Positions 61,188-64,000 of a DNA stretch of 64,000 nucleotides are shown one piece after another; position 1 is the first letter of the stretch; every line of letters starts with the position of its first letter. This stretch comes from Octopus vulgaris. Taxonomy: Eukaryota. Position numbers and translations under genes: made by a program. Location of the stretch: positions 104,160,001-104,224,000 of the forward strand of contig OX597820.1 in assembly GCA_951406725.2 (NCBI GenBank), given 5' to 3'. The notes beneath the pieces are model-generated. The model was not told the origin of the DNA, searched no databases, and saw only the letters and a list, made by a program, of their open reading frames with translations.

Positions 61188-62001
61188 AACCTGAGAAAAT
61201 GACTGCTCACTCCTTCGCTCTTGACGTGGATTTTAAGAGGGTAACTTATGATTACAATTTGTTCTGTCAATCCCCATAGCTTTGCCTTAACCAGTAATTT
61301 AGGAACGGGATGGGACTGGGACAAAAGCCTAGAGTCACCAATCGTTTCCATTTTTGTTCGTCGTCGCCGCAACAGAATCAGCTCAAACTGAAAACACGAG
61401 TTCACACCAAGAATAAACGCAAACTCAAAGCTGAAAGAGGAAACCATATTCATACACAAAAATTTTACCCCCTCCAGTCATATTTAGATATATTACATCC
61501 AGAATAAGAGAGACTCTGACATATTCTTAGACAGGGACATCTTAAATTAGGTCATCCTTATTACGATGTTCATTGATAAGAAACGGCTTCAGTGAAAAGC
61601 TGGTATACAAAGGGTACCCGACTATACGCACACATTATGGCTGAACCACAAAGAGGAAGATAATATAGATTGAATCAACAATTTAATACGAACATAACCC
61701 CAATAACGCTCATTACTTTTAGGAAGATGTCATTAACCACTAACACACTAATAAAACAGAACTCTTCAATACAAATAACGGCGGAGTCAGTTACACCTGT
61801 CAAGATAACTTCGCTTCCAGATCACACACTACAATCGAAAACATACATTTAAACAACCCCAGTCCCAATGCCAAGTGGTAACTATAGACGTCTCGCTTAA
61901 AGAATATTACCTCCCCTTCAAAGTGTTCACACACACACACACATATATATGTATGTGTGTATATGCATGTATGTATGTATATACATATATACATATATTA
62001 C

Positions 62002-62044
<43 letters not shown>

Positions 62045-62063
62045 CGTGCGTGCGTGTGCATGC

Positions 62064-62116
<53 letters not shown>

Positions 62117-62147
62117 TAGATAGATATACATATATATATTCTTTTGT

Positions 62148-62380
62148 GCGGTCATGCTGGAGCACTGCCTTCAGTCGGGCAAATCGACCCCAGGATTTAT
62201 TCTTTGTAGACATAGTACTTATTCTATCGGTCCCTTTTGCTGAACCGCTAAGTTACGGGGACGTAAAGGCACCAGCATCGGTCGACCCAAGGCTATAGTA
62301 AAGGTGCCACGCAGTGGGACTGAACCCAGAACCATGTGGTTCGTAAGCAAGCTTCTTACCACATAGCCACTCTTGCGCCT
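62148..62380 (-). mobile_element. SINE family C copy with internal deletion
   Basis: Tail and head segments are joined without the microsatellite middle. Confidence 0.8.
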
Positions 62381-62666
62381 ATATTGAGAAAAAGGAGGCA
62401 GTCAGAATTTTGGATAATGCTTTATTAGCGCTTTCGTTCCTTTTTCGAACGCGTCAAGACAAAATCAAAATCAAAATAGTAAAAATAGAACGTTTCGCTA
62501 TTCATTCATATGAATCGGATGTTCTTTTTTTAAAATTTGTTTAGAAGAGAAGAATATTGTTTTTGCTGTTTTGGAAGAAGGAGGCGGGAGAGAGAATGCA
62601 AACAAAGAGGGAAGAAATAGAGAGAGAGAGATAGAAAAATAATAATATTAAAGGATTGGAAAAGGA

Positions 62667-62710
<44 letters not shown>

Positions 62711-63428
62711 TAGATAGATAGACAGAGAGAGAGAGAGGGAGAGATGTGGTTAATTCATTGAAATTTCATTACAAAGCATTTTTCTTTCTTTCTCCTTTGT
62801 TTCTTTTTTTCTTTCTATTGTATAACTATCAACATATTTGTAAATAAACACATTTTCTAACGGTGACTTTTCAAAGATGTAAGTTTTAGAAAGTAGGAAG
62901 GAACAAATAAGACAAAGGGGGTGGGTGCAGTCATCACAGAAAAATAAAAAAGAGTTCAAAGTTCAAACTCCTATGAAAATGTATAATCCTTTACACTGTA
63001 CAGCCAAGTCCCATTTACTCTTTTACTTGTTTCAGTCATTTGACTGCGGCCATGCTGGAGCACCTCATATGCTATGAGATTCAATAAATATCAAATATTC
63101 ACAAATTAGGAAAATAAAGTCAAAATATAAAAAAAATAATTTGGTATTGTTTATAATTCAACCTATTCTCAGTCTACATTTAATCAAACCTCATAAATGA
63201 GTTTTGTATATTTATATTTAACTGGAAGCCATTCTGTAGGATACAAATTATATAATAAAGCAGGGCCAGCTTAAATATATTTTTAATATCTTTCATCCTT
63301 TTGTAGGGTTTATTTTTCTTTTTCTTGCTTGCATGGAGAATTCAAGAGATCTTTTTCACAAATTACTTTACCAAGTAGCTACATTAGATATCTTTCTTAA
63401 TCAGTGATAAACACAATAATACAATTCC

Positions 63429-63722
63429 TTGGAGATGGGGAAGAAAATACCACAATCGCGCACCAGACCCGATGCAACAGAAAACTTCAAAGAGCACACT
63501 GACTATATAGATCCGAAGATCACAAATTTGTCAAATAGAAACCTCGACAAGAATGAGATGAATCTGCTATTGAAAGGTTTCAAATTTACCCCGACACCCA
63601 CTCCTAATTTCATTGAACTAAAAGCTGATATTGAGCGTTTTAACTGTCACCTCCGGCTTATAGAATTCTTTGATAATAAGGATATAAATGACGAGTCAAT
63701 CGTCAGAAATAAATCTCACTGA
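63429..63722 (+). mobile_element. Penelope-like element ORF N-terminal fragment
   Basis: ITNLSNRNLDKNEMNLLLKGFKFTPTP...DIERFNCHLRLIEFF matches the recalled PLE pre-RT motif NLS..L...E..LL.KGL.F.PTP...F.R.LRL..FF. Confidence 0.75.
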
Positions 63723-64000
63723 ATATTTTTTTATTACAAACAGACTTATAATTTTTAATTAAATTTATTTTACCATTAATTAATTTACTCTGGGTATACA
63801 TGTTTTCTTCCTTCTAACTAAAGTTAATTTTGATTTAAGGTTCTCTTCGATTTTACATAATATGATTTTTAAATTATAATATTTTAATTTTATGTATATC
63901 ACTGGTTTTTAAAAAGACCGTTAGTTGAAGGGGGCCGATGAAACGAAGCCAATTTTCAAATGTGTATCTGTCAATGTAAATTGTATATTTATAAATATAA

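Overview
AT-rich, repeat-dense eukaryotic DNA; the SINE families and (TA)/(CA)/(CAT) microsatellites suggest an octopod cephalopod (inference). Positions 1757-45973 hold 19 phase-consistent GT-AG exons of a kinesin-2 motor gene (KIF3B/KRP95-like, about 635 codons in the window). The N-terminal P-loop exon(s) lie upstream of the window, and a probable 3' UTR runs to about 47.4 kb. The introns carry several SINE families, CR1/RTE LINE ends, a decayed mariner, 8-bp-TSD MITEs and a Helitron. Downstream (47.7-64 kb) is an intergenic, CpG-richer transposon graveyard (Gypsy, two hAT fossils, Helitron, Penelope-like pieces). Two observations stand out. (1) A near-perfect ~475-bp palindrome (53412-53887) has a complete type I minimal hammerhead ribozyme in each arm, on opposite strands, and sits inside the (TA)n tract of a SINE. 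(2) A candidate cassette exon (44637-44729) in the last kinesin intron would swap the conserved KIF3B C-terminus for an 18-residue hydrophobic tail anchor, with a stop placed to escape NMD. All family assignments come from reading the sequence and recalled motifs; no searches were run.
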